NCBI GenBank assembly: GCA_041725915.1
Contig: JBGRPZ010000003.1
Coordinates: forward strand, 5,209 to 69,208
From: Hyphomicrobiales bacterium
GTDB lineage: Bacteria; Bacteroidota; Bacteroidia; Bacteroidales; JBGRPZ01
Length of the DNA stretch: 64,000 nucleotides
Direction of reading: 5' to 3'
Of this stretch, positions 1 to 9,758 are shown piece after piece (the first letter of the stretch is position 1; every line of letters begins with the position of its first letter). The position numbers and the translations under genes were made by a program. Below the pieces are notes generated by a model, which saw nothing but the letters and a program-made list of their open reading frames with translations, made no database searches and was not told the DNA's origin.

Positions 1-1159
1 ACAGCGATTTAATTTCCAACTCAGCCTCTGCCAGTTCATCATCTGCAATTTTAAGTTGTTCGTTTATATCTAACTCATTCAGCAGCCCTCTTGCAAACAG
101 AGTATAATCTCTTACACCAAATCCAGTATAGAAGATTGAAGTCTTATTAATACTCTTCTTACCTTCTGATGAAGAATACACAACACCTGACTTTACAGAT
201 ATATTCGAAGCTCCACTAGGTAGACTCAGGTTTACATCTTGAACAGTACCAATACTATCACCCACTTGTGAAAACAGAGTAAAGTCCTTTATCTTCATAC
301 AAGAGCTGATAAAGTAGAGCTTTGCCTTTGGATTTCTTTTCAGTTCAGTAAAGAGATAACGCAATCGCCCTGCCTGAGCTTTATCATATAGAAACTCCAT
401 CTCAGACACTTTCGATTGCCAGTGTATAATCTGTATAGTATCAATCTTTACAATAAACTTTATATACTGAGTTTTTCCACTACTGGACTCTATAGAGTTA
501 AGTTTACGATACCTCAAGTTTACAGAAGCTCCTGCCTCTTTTCTCAATAGATATTCATCATAAATACTCTTTGAAGATTCAATAAAATAAGAGCTTTTCG
601 CATCAAAAGTCAGTACATCCTTGGAGATATTATTATCAGGATCATATAGAATGAATTTGCCCACAGGATAAACATTAGACTGGGAGTATCCTGGTTTTTT
701 GCTTTTATTCAGAATATCTACATATCTTTTCTCTGACAGTTCGGTCATTATATCTGCAATAGAAGAGAAGTCCTCTGCAATTTCAGTTGCTGCCGAAATA
801 GTTACTATATTTCCTTTCCCCCTTTTGATCAAAGATTCCACATTCTTTGAAACCGTCAATATAGACTTACGTGTCTTATTATCTGAATTCAGGAAATAGC
901 CTGAAAACTTTACTGCTTTTATCTTTCTCTTTCTAATTCTTATAGTAATGCTTTCCCCATTCTCAATACTAACTGGAATCTTATCTAATGCATTTCCTGA
1001 CTTCTCAATTAACTGATAGAAGACTAATGCTTTCTCTGTTTTTGGTGATCCAACTCCAAAGACAAAATTAAACGAATACTTAGCTGCGAACCCCATTGTG
1101 CTCGTCAACACAAAGAATAATAAAAATACTAACCCTTTTATCGCTACTTTTTGATTCAT
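1..1159 (-). CDS. Partial CDS (3' end runs off the left window edge): probable secreted hypothetical protein, 386 aa visible
   Basis: This ORF is not in the supplied track because it has no stop inside the window. My own reverse-complement translation from the ATG at 1159-1157 reads MNQKVAIKGLVFLLFFVLTSTMGFAAKYSFNFVFGVGSPKTEKALVFYQLIEKSG... It stays open codon by codon down to position 1 (...NEQLKIADDELAEAELEIKSL). The N-terminus has a hydrophobic signal-like segment. No family recognised. Confidence 0.6.
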   Translation of the reverse strand, partial: MNQKVAIKGLVFLLFFVLTSTMGFAAKYSFNFVFGVGSPKTEKALVFYQLIEKSGNALDKIPVSIENGESITIRIRKRKIKAVKFSGYFLNSDNKTRKSILTVSKNVESLIKRGKGNIVTISAATEIAEDFSSIADIMTELSEKRYVDILNKSKKPGYSQSNVYPVGKFILYDPDNNISKDVLTFDAKSSYFIESSKSIYDEYLLRKEAGASVNLRYRKLNSIESSSGKTQYIKFIVKIDTIQIIHWQSKVSEMEFLYDKAQAGRLRYLFTELKRNPKAKLYFISSCMKIKDFTLFSQVGDSIGTVQDVNLSLPSGASNISVKSGVVYSSSEGKKSINKTSIFYTGFGVRDYTLFARGLLNELDINEQLKIADDELAEAELEIKSL

Positions 1160-1367
1160 AATATGAATATTGGTTATTCTAATTCGAACATATTTTAAGT
1201 GTAATAATAGCAATAAACAACAAAAAAATAAACCTTACAAATTAATAATATGAGAAATTGAAGTCTTCCAGAACTAAAACATTGATACTTTATATTTTAA
1301 AGCCAATAAGCAGTATACTACTTATTGGCTTTAAGGCAATCAAAAATCTTATGTTATTATGTATATA

Positions 1368-2579
1368 TCAATCATATTTCCTTATTCTCAATGCAATCAA
1401 TATGGAAATGATTACCAATATTGCAGCACACATAAAAGCTGCTCCCGGAAAGAATATACCCAAATCACCACTACTTCCCGCAGCAAAAAGAGCTGTCATC
1501 AAAAGAGGACCTATAATTGCAGTAAAACTCATTATACTTGTCACAACCCCCTGAAGCTTACCTTGTTCTTTCTCTCCTACAGCGTTAGACATAATCCCCT
1601 GAATGGCCGGGTTTGCTACGTTCCCCAAACTATAAGGAATAAGGATAGCATACATCATCCAGCCTTTTGTTGCAAAAGAAAATAATATCAAGCCCAATGC
1701 CCATAAAGAAAGACCTATAAACACACAGTTCTTATATCCAAACTTATTTACAAACAACTGCACTAATCCCCCTTGAACAATAGCCACCAACAAGCCAACA
1801 AAACCCAAAGAATACCCTACATCTTTTGGTGTCCAATCAAATCTAAACATTGTAAAGAATGACCATGTTGATTGAATCGCATAAGAAGCAACATATACTA
1901 CTAAAAAAGATGCCAATAGAGTAAACACAAGCTTGTTATTTCTAAAGTCAAAAACCGCTGAAAAAGGATTAGCTTTCTTCAGGTTTACTTTCCTTCTTTT
2001 CTCCTTAACTAGAGACTCTGGAAGGATAAAATATCCATATAAGAAGTTTACAAAAGACAAACAGCCTGCTACAATAAATGGAGCTCTTACTCCAAAATCA
2101 CTTACAAGTCCTCCTATCACAGGGCCTAATATAAAACCCAATCCAAAGGCAACCCCAATCATTCCAAAGTTTTTAGCTTTGTTCTCTGCGGTACTGATAT
2201 CTGCTATATAAGCTGCTGCAACAGTATAGCTTGCTCCTGTAACACCTGATATCAATCGACCTATAAACAGAAAAAAGATCGTTGGTGCCCATGCACAAAA
2301 CATATAGTCAATACCCAAGCCAAACAATGCTATCAAAATAACCGGACGTCTTCCAAATCGATCACTTAATTCACCCAATAAAGGCGCAAAGAAAAACTGA
2401 GCTAAAGCATGTGCAAACAACAATAATCCACCCCATTTAGATGCATCACTAAGCCCCTCACCCGTCAAACTCTCTATCAAACCGGGTAAAACAGGAATGA
2501 TGATTCCCAATCCAATAACATCAATAAGAATAGTAATAAAAATAAAAGCTAATGAAGCTTTTCCTCGTTGATTTTTCAT
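1368..2579 (-). CDS. MFS transporter, DHA1 / TetA-like efflux family
   Basis: 403-aa ORF that is hydrophobic throughout, with about 12 helices. It carries MFS motif A 'GELSDRFGRRPVILI' after TM2, and the N-terminal 'IGLGIIIPVLPGLI' is typical of TetA-like DHA1 transporters. Confidence 0.85.
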   Translation of the reverse strand: MKNQRGKASLAFIFITILIDVIGLGIIIPVLPGLIESLTGEGLSDASKWGGLLLFAHALAQFFFAPLLGELSDRFGRRPVILIALFGLGIDYMFCAWAPTIFFLFIGRLISGVTGASYTVAAAYIADISTAENKAKNFGMIGVAFGLGFILGPVIGGLVSDFGVRAPFIVAGCLSFVNFLYGYFILPESLVKEKRRKVNLKKANPFSAVFDFRNNKLVFTLLASFLVVYVASYAIQSTWSFFTMFRFDWTPKDVGYSLGFVGLLVAIVQGGLVQLFVNKFGYKNCVFIGLSLWALGLILFSFATKGWMMYAILIPYSLGNVANPAIQGIMSNAVGEKEQGKLQGVVTSIMSFTAIIGPLLMTALFAAGSSGDLGIFFPGAAFMCAAILVIISILIALRIRKYD

Positions 2580-2792
2580 TTAAAAAATATAAAAAGTAAA
2601 TTAATGTAATTAAAAGAAAAACAAAGATAGCCCATTCATAAGTTACTTATAAACATAAATTTAATTTAATTTCGGCCGATTAAATTAACTAGCTGATACA
2701 CAAAAAAAGAGACCATAATTAAAATGGTCTCTTAAAATCTATACTATAAAACTACTACTCAAGTAGCAACTTCATAATACATATGAATCAAT

Positions 2793-3707
2793 CTACTTAT
2801 TCAATTGTTCTGATAGTTTATCCAGCTTCTGTTCTAGTAGCTGAATCTTACTATTCTGATCATCTAATTTCTTTTGCTGTTGAATGGTATAAAGAGTAAG
2901 CTCCTCAACTTTTTCCATCAATAGATTATTCATCTTTGATAGATCCATTCCACCTTTTACCATTTCCTTTTCTGATGGCACTCCTGGTAAGTGCTTATTC
3001 TGATTTATAAAAGCTTCAACATCATACAGACTTCTGAGCTTATATTCAGGTTCGAATACATAATCAGGGAAAGAGCCTATATTCAATGAAACTCTATCGG
3101 CAAAAACTGTTCCTGAAACCTTTAAGTTTCCAGCAACATCTAATTTCTCTTCCGGATTAAGTACACCTATACCCACTTTATCAGAAAAGAATGCCATTGG
3201 TATAACATGAAATCCCTTTTCAGGTTTGTCTGTTCCTACACCTATATTTCCATTACCTAGTATGGTCAACAATTTATTGCCATCTGAGTTAGAGAAATAC
3301 AATGCATCTGAAGCCTTTGTTGATCCAATTCTAAAATCATGATAAGCACCCAACAAGTTAAATCGCCATCCACTTACCCAATTAACATCAGCATCCAGAC
3401 GAGTTGTCGCTTTTATATGGAATTTATCTTCAGGGGCATTTGTACCTATACCAATCCTACCATTTGGAGTTGCAGAAAAAAACACCCCATAAGGTTCTGA
3501 ATAAATACCAAAGTAGCTATTATCATTTGGCTTCTCAAAGTCAAACCTATAGAAACCTCCATCAACACCACTTTGAGCCATTCCTATAATATGATTCTTA
3601 TACCATTTTGTTCTTTCCCCTGAATGCCATTCATGTTCAATTTTTTGTGCAACAGAGGTCATGGAAAGTAATAATAAACACACCCCTGCAAGTATCAGAC
3701 GCTTCAT
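2793..3707 (-). CDS. Secreted hypothetical protein with repeated G(I/V)GT..P(E/D)..(F/L)(H/D)(I/V) motifs and a C-terminal coiled coil (tail-fibre-like protein family common in Bacteroidota)
   Basis: 304-aa ORF with signal peptide MKRLILAGVCLLLLSMTSVAQ. It has three repeats ('IGIGTNAPEDKFHI', 'IGVGTDKPEKGFHV', 'VGIGVLNPEEKLDV'). A conserved-looking 'FPDYVFEPEYKLRSLYDVEAFINQNKHLPGVPS' block is followed by a heptad-rich tail. Confidence 0.55.
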   Translation of the reverse strand: MKRLILAGVCLLLLSMTSVAQKIEHEWHSGERTKWYKNHIIGMAQSGVDGGFYRFDFEKPNDNSYFGIYSEPYGVFFSATPNGRIGIGTNAPEDKFHIKATTRLDADVNWVSGWRFNLLGAYHDFRIGSTKASDALYFSNSDGNKLLTILGNGNIGVGTDKPEKGFHVIPMAFFSDKVGIGVLNPEEKLDVAGNLKVSGTVFADRVSLNIGSFPDYVFEPEYKLRSLYDVEAFINQNKHLPGVPSEKEMVKGGMDLSKMNNLLMEKVEELTLYTIQQQKKLDDQNSKIQLLEQKLDKLSEQLNK

Positions 3708-4006
3708 AATATGTTGTTTTAGTATCGTTAGTAATAGTTTAGCTTACTATTGTTGTATGTAATAGTTTAGAGTTTAGAATATATAACGATGAATATTTTA
3801 AAATATATCAATATTGAGAGAAAAAATTCACATTCTTTAACAGAAAAACTATCTCAGTATAAAAATCAGTAATAAGTATACAAGAATCAGGAAAAGATAT
3901 AAAACTCTTTTTGTATCATGTATTTACTTTGCCAATGTAAAAATATAATCATGGTCATTCACTAAGAGCAGGCAATTTGACCTCTTTTATAAAACATAAT
4001 AATAAG

Positions 4007-5119
4007 ATGCAAAAAATAACTCCATTTATAATGATGTCTATAGTGTCTCTGGCATTAATTATTACTATTATAATCTATTTCTCACGAAGGTTTGCTTATG
4101 CTTTCAATATCCAAAGCTTATGGCCTTTATATCTTACATTCTCTGTCTTGACAGTATTCTCTTTCGTTGGGCTTATATCTACAATAAATGCTACTTCAGG
4201 CTTTGGTCATATTACATTTAAAGTCTCTTCAATAGTTATGGGCTTTATGTTATTCTTATTATTATCACTGATTCTTGTTGATATTATCAACTTGTTTATA
4301 AAGATCCCTACCAATCTCTTTGGTGTATCCACAATTGTAATTGCTGTCTTATTATCTGTTATCGGCTATTGGAATGCATCAAATATAAGGATCTCAAAAT
4401 ACGACCTTCCTATCAAGGGCATAAAGAAAAACTTCAAAGTTGTGCATCTATCAGATATTCATATTGGTCACTTTAGAACTAATGGCTATGCAAGCCATAT
4501 AGCCGAACTTACCAATCATCAGAAGCCTGATGCAGTACTCATTACAGGTGATTACCTCGACAGTCAATATGCATTGGATCAAAAGTATTTCGATCCTCTA
4601 AAGTCTATTGATGCTCCTATCTATTTTGTGGATGGAAACCACGATAAAGCTACCAACAACAAAAAGATAGAGCGAATGATGGAAAAAGTTGGAGTTCATG
4701 TGTTATATAATGAAGTCGTTATGCTTAAGGATATTCAGATTATCGGATTGACTCATATGCTGGCAGACAGAAAGACATTCGACATTCATGCCACTCCCGA
4801 CAAACCCACTATTGAGGAAATGCTCCCTCAGCTAAATATTGATCAAAACAAACCTTCTGTGCTTCTTCATCATAGTCCTAACGGAATTAAATATGCTGAT
4901 AAAGCAGGTATAGACCTGTATTTGTCTGGCCATACACATGCCGGGCAGATCTTCCCTTTCAACTATCTGAATAATCTGGTATTTGAATATAATAGAGGTC
5001 TTCATAATTATAATGGCACAAAGGTATTTGTATCTGAAGGTGTAGGAACTTTTGGCCCTCCTTTCCGTATTGGAACAAAGAGTGAGATTGTTGTTTTCAA
5101 CTTAATCCCTCAATCCTAA
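4007..5119 (+). CDS. Membrane-anchored metallophosphoesterase (calcineurin-like phosphoesterase, YkuE-like)
   Basis: The track ORF is 3977-5119 with a TTG start. I prefer the ATG at 4007 (MQKITPFIMM...). Four to five N-terminal TM helices precede the phosphoesterase motifs 'VHLSDIHIGH', 'ITGDYLD', 'VDGNHD', 'LLHHSP' and 'SGHTHAGQ'. Confidence 0.85.
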   Translation: MQKITPFIMMSIVSLALIITIIIYFSRRFAYAFNIQSLWPLYLTFSVLTVFSFVGLISTINATSGFGHITFKVSSIVMGFMLFLLLSLILVDIINLFIKIPTNLFGVSTIVIAVLLSVIGYWNASNIRISKYDLPIKGIKKNFKVVHLSDIHIGHFRTNGYASHIAELTNHQKPDAVLITGDYLDSQYALDQKYFDPLKSIDAPIYFVDGNHDKATNNKKIERMMEKVGVHVLYNEVVMLKDIQIIGLTHMLADRKTFDIHATPDKPTIEEMLPQLNIDQNKPSVLLHHSPNGIKYADKAGIDLYLSGHTHAGQIFPFNYLNNLVFEYNRGLHNYNGTKVFVSEGVGTFGPPFRIGTKSEIVVFNLIPQS

Positions 5120-5225
5120 GCTGTAATATATATACATATATCTGTAAAATGTATTCATTCAGGCTATTTACTTCAAGTACTTTTGTGATAAACAATCTAG
5201 TATTAATCTTATAAAGCATATCATT

Positions 5226-6047
5226 ATGAATAAACAAACTATACTCATCACAGGAGCAAGTACAGGTATAGGCAAAGAAACGGCCAAATATTTCCATGCA
5301 AAAGGATGGAATGTTATTGCTACAATGAGAAAACCTGACGCTGAAGAAGAGTTGACACAGCTCGATAATGTTTTGGTTACTCAACTGGATGTTACAGATC
5401 TTCATTCTATTGATGCAGCGGTAAAGCTGGCTATCAATACTTTTGGCAAGATTGATGCAGTGCTGAATAATGCCGGATATGGTGCTTTTGGCACTCTGGA
5501 ATCTTTCCCTAGAGAGAATATTATCAAGCAATATAACACTAATGTTATTGGCCTTATTGATGTTTGTAAAGCTATAATCCCTCATTTCAGAAAGAATATG
5601 AGTGGCACGATTATAAATGTTTCTTCTGTTGGTGGTCAAATGACTTTCCCTCTGGGAACTCTTTACCATGGCACAAAGTTCGCTGTTGAAGGTATTTCCG
5701 AGGCTTTGCATTTTGAAATGAAGGAAATCAATGTAAATGTCAAGATCATTCAGCCTGGAGCCATAACAACTGACTTTGCCACCCGTTCTCTTGACTTTCA
5801 GCATAATGAAGATTATGCCGAATATCAACCTATTGTAGATAGACTGTTGAGTGTTATGAGTGAAATATCACAAACTACTGCTTCTCCTGCTTCTCTGGTT
5901 GCAGAAACAATATATGAGGCTGCTACAGACAATTCCGACCAGCTTAGATATATAGTTGGTGAGGACGCTAAGCTTTATATTGAGAATAGAAAAAAACATG
6001 GTGACGAAGCTTTTATTGCAGGGCTTAAAGAACAATTCGGAATTTAA
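5226..6047 (+). CDS. SDR family oxidoreductase (short-chain dehydrogenase/reductase)
   Basis: 273-aa ORF with the Rossmann motif 'ITGASTGIGKETA', 'NNAGYG', and catalytic 'S...YHGTKFAVEG' (YxxxK). Confidence 0.9.
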   Translation: MNKQTILITGASTGIGKETAKYFHAKGWNVIATMRKPDAEEELTQLDNVLVTQLDVTDLHSIDAAVKLAINTFGKIDAVLNNAGYGAFGTLESFPRENIIKQYNTNVIGLIDVCKAIIPHFRKNMSGTIINVSSVGGQMTFPLGTLYHGTKFAVEGISEALHFEMKEINVNVKIIQPGAITTDFATRSLDFQHNEDYAEYQPIVDRLLSVMSEISQTTASPASLVAETIYEAATDNSDQLRYIVGEDAKLYIENRKKHGDEAFIAGLKEQFGI

Positions 6048-6061
6048 AAAGTTATATTTTG

Positions 6062-6092
6062 AATAAAGCCCAACACGGGCTTTATTCTTTTT
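6062..6092 (+). terminator. Rho-independent terminator after the SDR gene
   Basis: Hairpin aataaagccc / gggctttatt (6062-6071 / 6077-6086) followed by a T-rich run. Confidence 0.6.
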
Positions 6093-6110
6093 ATAAGCAC
6101 AGTAAGTAAT

Positions 6111-7019
6111 ATGAAAGATATAATCAGAATAAGCAGTATTTCAGAAGCACATGAATGCCTTCAACTGGGAAAACCAAAGCATCCAATGATTTCTCTACTT
6201 TGGCATAAAGGTTATAAGATGGACAAAAAACATCTAAACCAACCTTTTTCTTTTGACCTGTATCAGATTACATTTAAAGACTGTGCTGCCGGCTCTATAG
6301 GTTATGGCAGAAACTCTTATGACTTTCAGGAAGGCACTATAATATTCACTAGCCCGGGACAGATTATTACCATGAAAGAAGATCATCATAGTGATAGCTC
6401 TGATGGCTGGTCTATATTCTTTCATCCTGATCTGATACGGAAGTCTGAATTGGGTAGGAATATCGAAGACTACAGCTTCTTTTCTTATGATGTCAATGAA
6501 GCCTTACATCTCTCTTATGACGAAAAACTCACTCTTATTGACCTAAGTCAGAAAATAGAAAATGAATACAATCAGAATATTGACAAACACAGTCAAAACC
6601 TGATTATCTCTAACCTCAAGCTGATGTTGGATTATTGTAATCGTTATTATGATCGTCAGTTCTTCACACGTGAAAACCTCAATAAAGATACTATAACCAA
6701 ATTCGAGCAAACTCTTAAGGCTTACTATAATAAAGAAAAGGAAGTAGATAACGGTATCCCTACAGTGAAATACTGTGGCAATGCTCTTAATATGTCCAGT
6801 AATTATCTGAGTGATCTACTGAAAAAGGAAACTGGCAAAAATGCTCAGGAACATATCCATGCTTTTGTTATCAATAAGGCCAAAACAAACTTGTTAAATA
6901 CAACTAATACCATAAGTCAGATAGCATATTCTCTGGGCTTTGATTATCCTCAGCACTTTAGCAAACTTTTCAAGAAGAAAACAGGAATGAGCCCTATGGA
7001 ATACCGAACAATGAACTAA
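6111..7019 (+). CDS. AraC family transcriptional regulator
   Basis: 302-aa ORF. The C-terminal double HTH is typical of AraC/XylS ('...YLSDLLKKETGKNAQEHIHAFVINKAKTNLLNT...ISQIAYSLGFDYPQHFSKLFKKKTGMSPMEYR'). The N-terminal half is cupin-like. Confidence 0.85.
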   Translation: MKDIIRISSISEAHECLQLGKPKHPMISLLWHKGYKMDKKHLNQPFSFDLYQITFKDCAAGSIGYGRNSYDFQEGTIIFTSPGQIITMKEDHHSDSSDGWSIFFHPDLIRKSELGRNIEDYSFFSYDVNEALHLSYDEKLTLIDLSQKIENEYNQNIDKHSQNLIISNLKLMLDYCNRYYDRQFFTRENLNKDTITKFEQTLKAYYNKEKEVDNGIPTVKYCGNALNMSSNYLSDLLKKETGKNAQEHIHAFVINKAKTNLLNTTNTISQIAYSLGFDYPQHFSKLFKKKTGMSPMEYRTMN

Positions 7020-7022
7020 ATG

Positions 7023-7835
7023 CTATTCTTCATATAATACACTATCCAGCTGCTCTATTATCATTGGCTTCTCTTCTTCTGTGGCATAAAACAAATAGAA
7101 TGTAAACAGCTCATACCAGTTCAAAACTTTGGACATGCTATCAAAAGCACTTTCACTATTCATGCCTGCCAACTCCCTCCTTAAGGCTCTAACATATTCC
7201 TGATAAGGAACACAGTTTATAGGTAGCATCTTTTCTATTAATCCTGCGCAAACATATAAGTCTGAGGGATTTACCATATACTTCTCTCCTCTTGAAAATG
7301 CAAGATAACTGAGCGCATTGCCAAATAAATGCCCTAACTTAGATAGAAATAAATTTGCTGCCGGAACATAAAAAGGTCTTAATATCTGTCTTCTTGTTAC
7401 ATGCCTATTGTCAAGAATTACATACTTTGTCAGATCTGCATATGAAAAAACCTTTGCCTCTGGTTGATTGATCTTTATATTGCCTTTGATTGTATGACCA
7501 TAAACCAAGGAAGGATTATGCCTTGGATTATATACTGGCGAAGCATAATCGTAAAGCTCTTCTTCTGAATGCGGCACAAAATCAATATCATATTCTATTA
7601 TTTTTGCCAGATATTCCTTAAACTCCTTCAGCTGCTTCAACGATGCTTTATTCATCATCCCAAACTTTGTAGGAACCAAAATAAAAATATCATAGTCTCC
7701 GGGATAATCCACATAATTAGATGATCCATAAATAATTGCATCTGAGATAATTTCAAAGCTCCTGATCTCTTCTATTATTATACTCCTATTCAATTCTACT
7801 GCTTTTCGATTACTCATTAGATCTGACTGTTGCAT
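7023..7835 (-). CDS. Nucleotidyltransferase-domain protein (pol-beta-superfamily minimal NTase fold); substrate unknown
   Basis: 270-aa ORF. 'AIIYGSSNYVDYPGDYDIFILVP' fits the G[SG]-x(n)-[DE]x[DE] NTase signature. The C-terminal helical half is unassigned. Confidence 0.5.
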   Translation of the reverse strand: MQQSDLMSNRKAVELNRSIIIEEIRSFEIISDAIIYGSSNYVDYPGDYDIFILVPTKFGMMNKASLKQLKEFKEYLAKIIEYDIDFVPHSEEELYDYASPVYNPRHNPSLVYGHTIKGNIKINQPEAKVFSYADLTKYVILDNRHVTRRQILRPFYVPAANLFLSKLGHLFGNALSYLAFSRGEKYMVNPSDLYVCAGLIEKMLPINCVPYQEYVRALRRELAGMNSESAFDSMSKVLNWYELFTFYLFYATEEEKPMIIEQLDSVLYEE

Positions 7836-8529
7836 GATATTGATTTTTTGTTAGAATAGCGGAGTCTTACATAAAGATAAGAAATTTAAAGAAGTTTATT
7901 TTTCCTTCAGATATCAATAAACACACCTTTATAAACTAATTTATTAAATTAAACACAAGCTAATAAATCAATTTATTATATGTAATTATACACGATTAAC
8001 ACCCAAACAAACTGAAAAATCAGTGTGTTTTGTTTAAACTCAAACTACTTTAATGTGAAATATTATAATACGAAGTAGACATTGAAGGAAAAGAAGAAAT
8101 GAAATTTTAACTTTTCACACGATTCTGAAGGAAGTTTGATTGGAAATTTATATTTAAGCAAAGATGTGATTTAAAAAAGTCTGATAAAATCAAACAAAAA
8201 ATGCCTGAAGTACTCTATATATGATTTACGACAAAAAAACATACAGAATGAGTAAACAGGCAGTATCATAAATAAGTTCTTTGACAAATCATACTTCACC
8301 TTTTTATATCAAACTATTTTAAAAGAAAAACACTCGTTTTTTCTTCATTTCATGCAATCATTAACCTAAAGATCAAAAGCCTAAAATCTGCTTTCCTCTG
8401 CATTTTTGTATATTTTTACTAATCTACATAAGTATCTTGCAATCAATGCTTTTTCAGTACACTGCAACAATATATATCTTGTCACTACAGCATGTTTCGT
8501 TGATAATCAAGATCAAAAGTTAAGCAAAT

Positions 8530-8745
8530 AAATCTCGTAGGTCCACTTACTAAAGGTGAAAGACTAGGAACTAAATCTCGTAGGTCTACTTACTAAAGGT
8601 AAAAGACTAGGAACTAAATCTCGTAGATCCACTAACTAAAGGTAAAAGTCTAGTAACTAAATTTCGTAGATCTACTAACCTAATTTAAAAAGCTCCTAGG
8701 TAAATTTCGTAGGCTTTAAGGTAAATCTTATGGTTCAGTTAATTA
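8530..8745. repeat. 43-bp tandem repeat array (about 5 units, decaying toward the right)
   Basis: The motif aaatctcgtag / aaatttcgtag recurs at 8530, 8573, 8616, 8659 and 8702, an exact 43-bp period. The unit is about aaatctcgtaggtccacttactaaaggtgaaagactaggaact. It lies inside a roughly 1.9-kb ORF-free region. Confidence 0.85.
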
Positions 8746-9718
8746 AGCCTTGTAAATCAACAGATTAACTTTTGTGGCTTAGTTAAGCTTTTCATTTTTT
8801 CAGGAAATGGATCTTTTTAGAGTCATATATAATCGAAACCTGAAGCTTTTGCTATTTAACATAACATTGGGTTTATATGTGAGATAATCTACAATTTTAA
8901 AATTGAAAGCCGAATTATCGCACTATACAGTAGTCAAAAATAAGTGATAAAGCTTATAAATGGGTAAATATAGAGATCTATAGCAAAAGCCTTTCCAGCC
9001 TAAATCTTCAATAATAAGTAGATTATTAAGATGAATTAATTGTAAAAGTATATTATATCTGAATGAGTTGATTTAAAGAATCTGTTGGCTTTTGTACAAA
9101 ATCTATTTATTACTTATTTAGCTTATTGATATTTCGTATTGAATAAAGTGTTACATGAAAAAAAAGGAGGCCAATTTTATCCTTTTACTCGTATCATAGA
9201 ATTAGATACAGATACTTAGACTAGGATAAGTGAAGTAGTTTTTAAATCACTTTTGACAGATATATACCTGAGTCTTGCTAAAATAAAGAGAAAAATGAAT
9301 ACAAACATTAATATCCCATTGACTTATAAGAGTGAGTTGTCAACTTATTTCATTAATTTTGTGGGTCAAATGAAATATTTTCAATTGTTTAATGTGAACT
9401 ATATTAAAACTCCAACAGAATAAGGCTTCTATATTTCACATCTATTTTAGTTACTATCAAAAGGCTTATTAAATTCAAGCCAATGGAAGCTAAAACTTAA
9501 GAAATAAATAAAGATAAGATGTTGCTGCTATTTATTTAGGTGATTTTTAGACTATTTATGGATAAAGGGGCATTTAACAAAATCTAAAACATTTTATTTG
9601 ATAGCTTGTTAAGTAAAGACTAAGCAAGGGTATCGGTTATTATTTTAACCTATTTTTCTTACAATTTTCAATACAGAAAACATTTATAGTTTGTTTTCTT
9701 AAACCAATTATGAATATA

Positions 9719-9739
9719 TTGACTAATATAAAAAGTCAA
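9719..9739 (+). promoter_or_regulatory. Perfect palindrome TTGACT-N9-AGTCAA 20 bp upstream of the MerR-family gene (candidate operator)
   Basis: ttgactaatataaaaagtcaa can be read directly. MerR-type regulators commonly bind dyads in their own promoter. There is no other support. Confidence 0.25.
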
Positions 9740-9758
9740 AAGGAAAGCTTCTAATTTT

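Noticed and set aside
1258-1685. Plus-strand ORFs of 98 and 108 aa, and a 92-aa ORF at 1933-2211.
   Set aside because: They are antisense shadow ORFs within the MFS transporter gene.
5097-5828. A 243-aa minus-strand ORF.
   Set aside because: It is antisense to the well-supported SDR gene. It has low-complexity composition rich in Ile/Asn/Ser/Cys, and I see no recognisable motifs.
8530-8745. I considered whether the 43-bp periodic array is a CRISPR array.
   Set aside because: The units are contiguous and homologous along their whole length, so there are no unique spacers. There are no cas genes in the window.
9295-9423. A 42-aa ATG-initiated ORF (MNTNINIPLTYKSELSTYFINFVGQMKYFQLFNVNYIKTPTE) lies inside the ORF-free region.
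   Set aside because: It has no motif and no conservation evidence, and such short ORFs are expected by chance in AT-rich DNA. I cannot support it as a gene.
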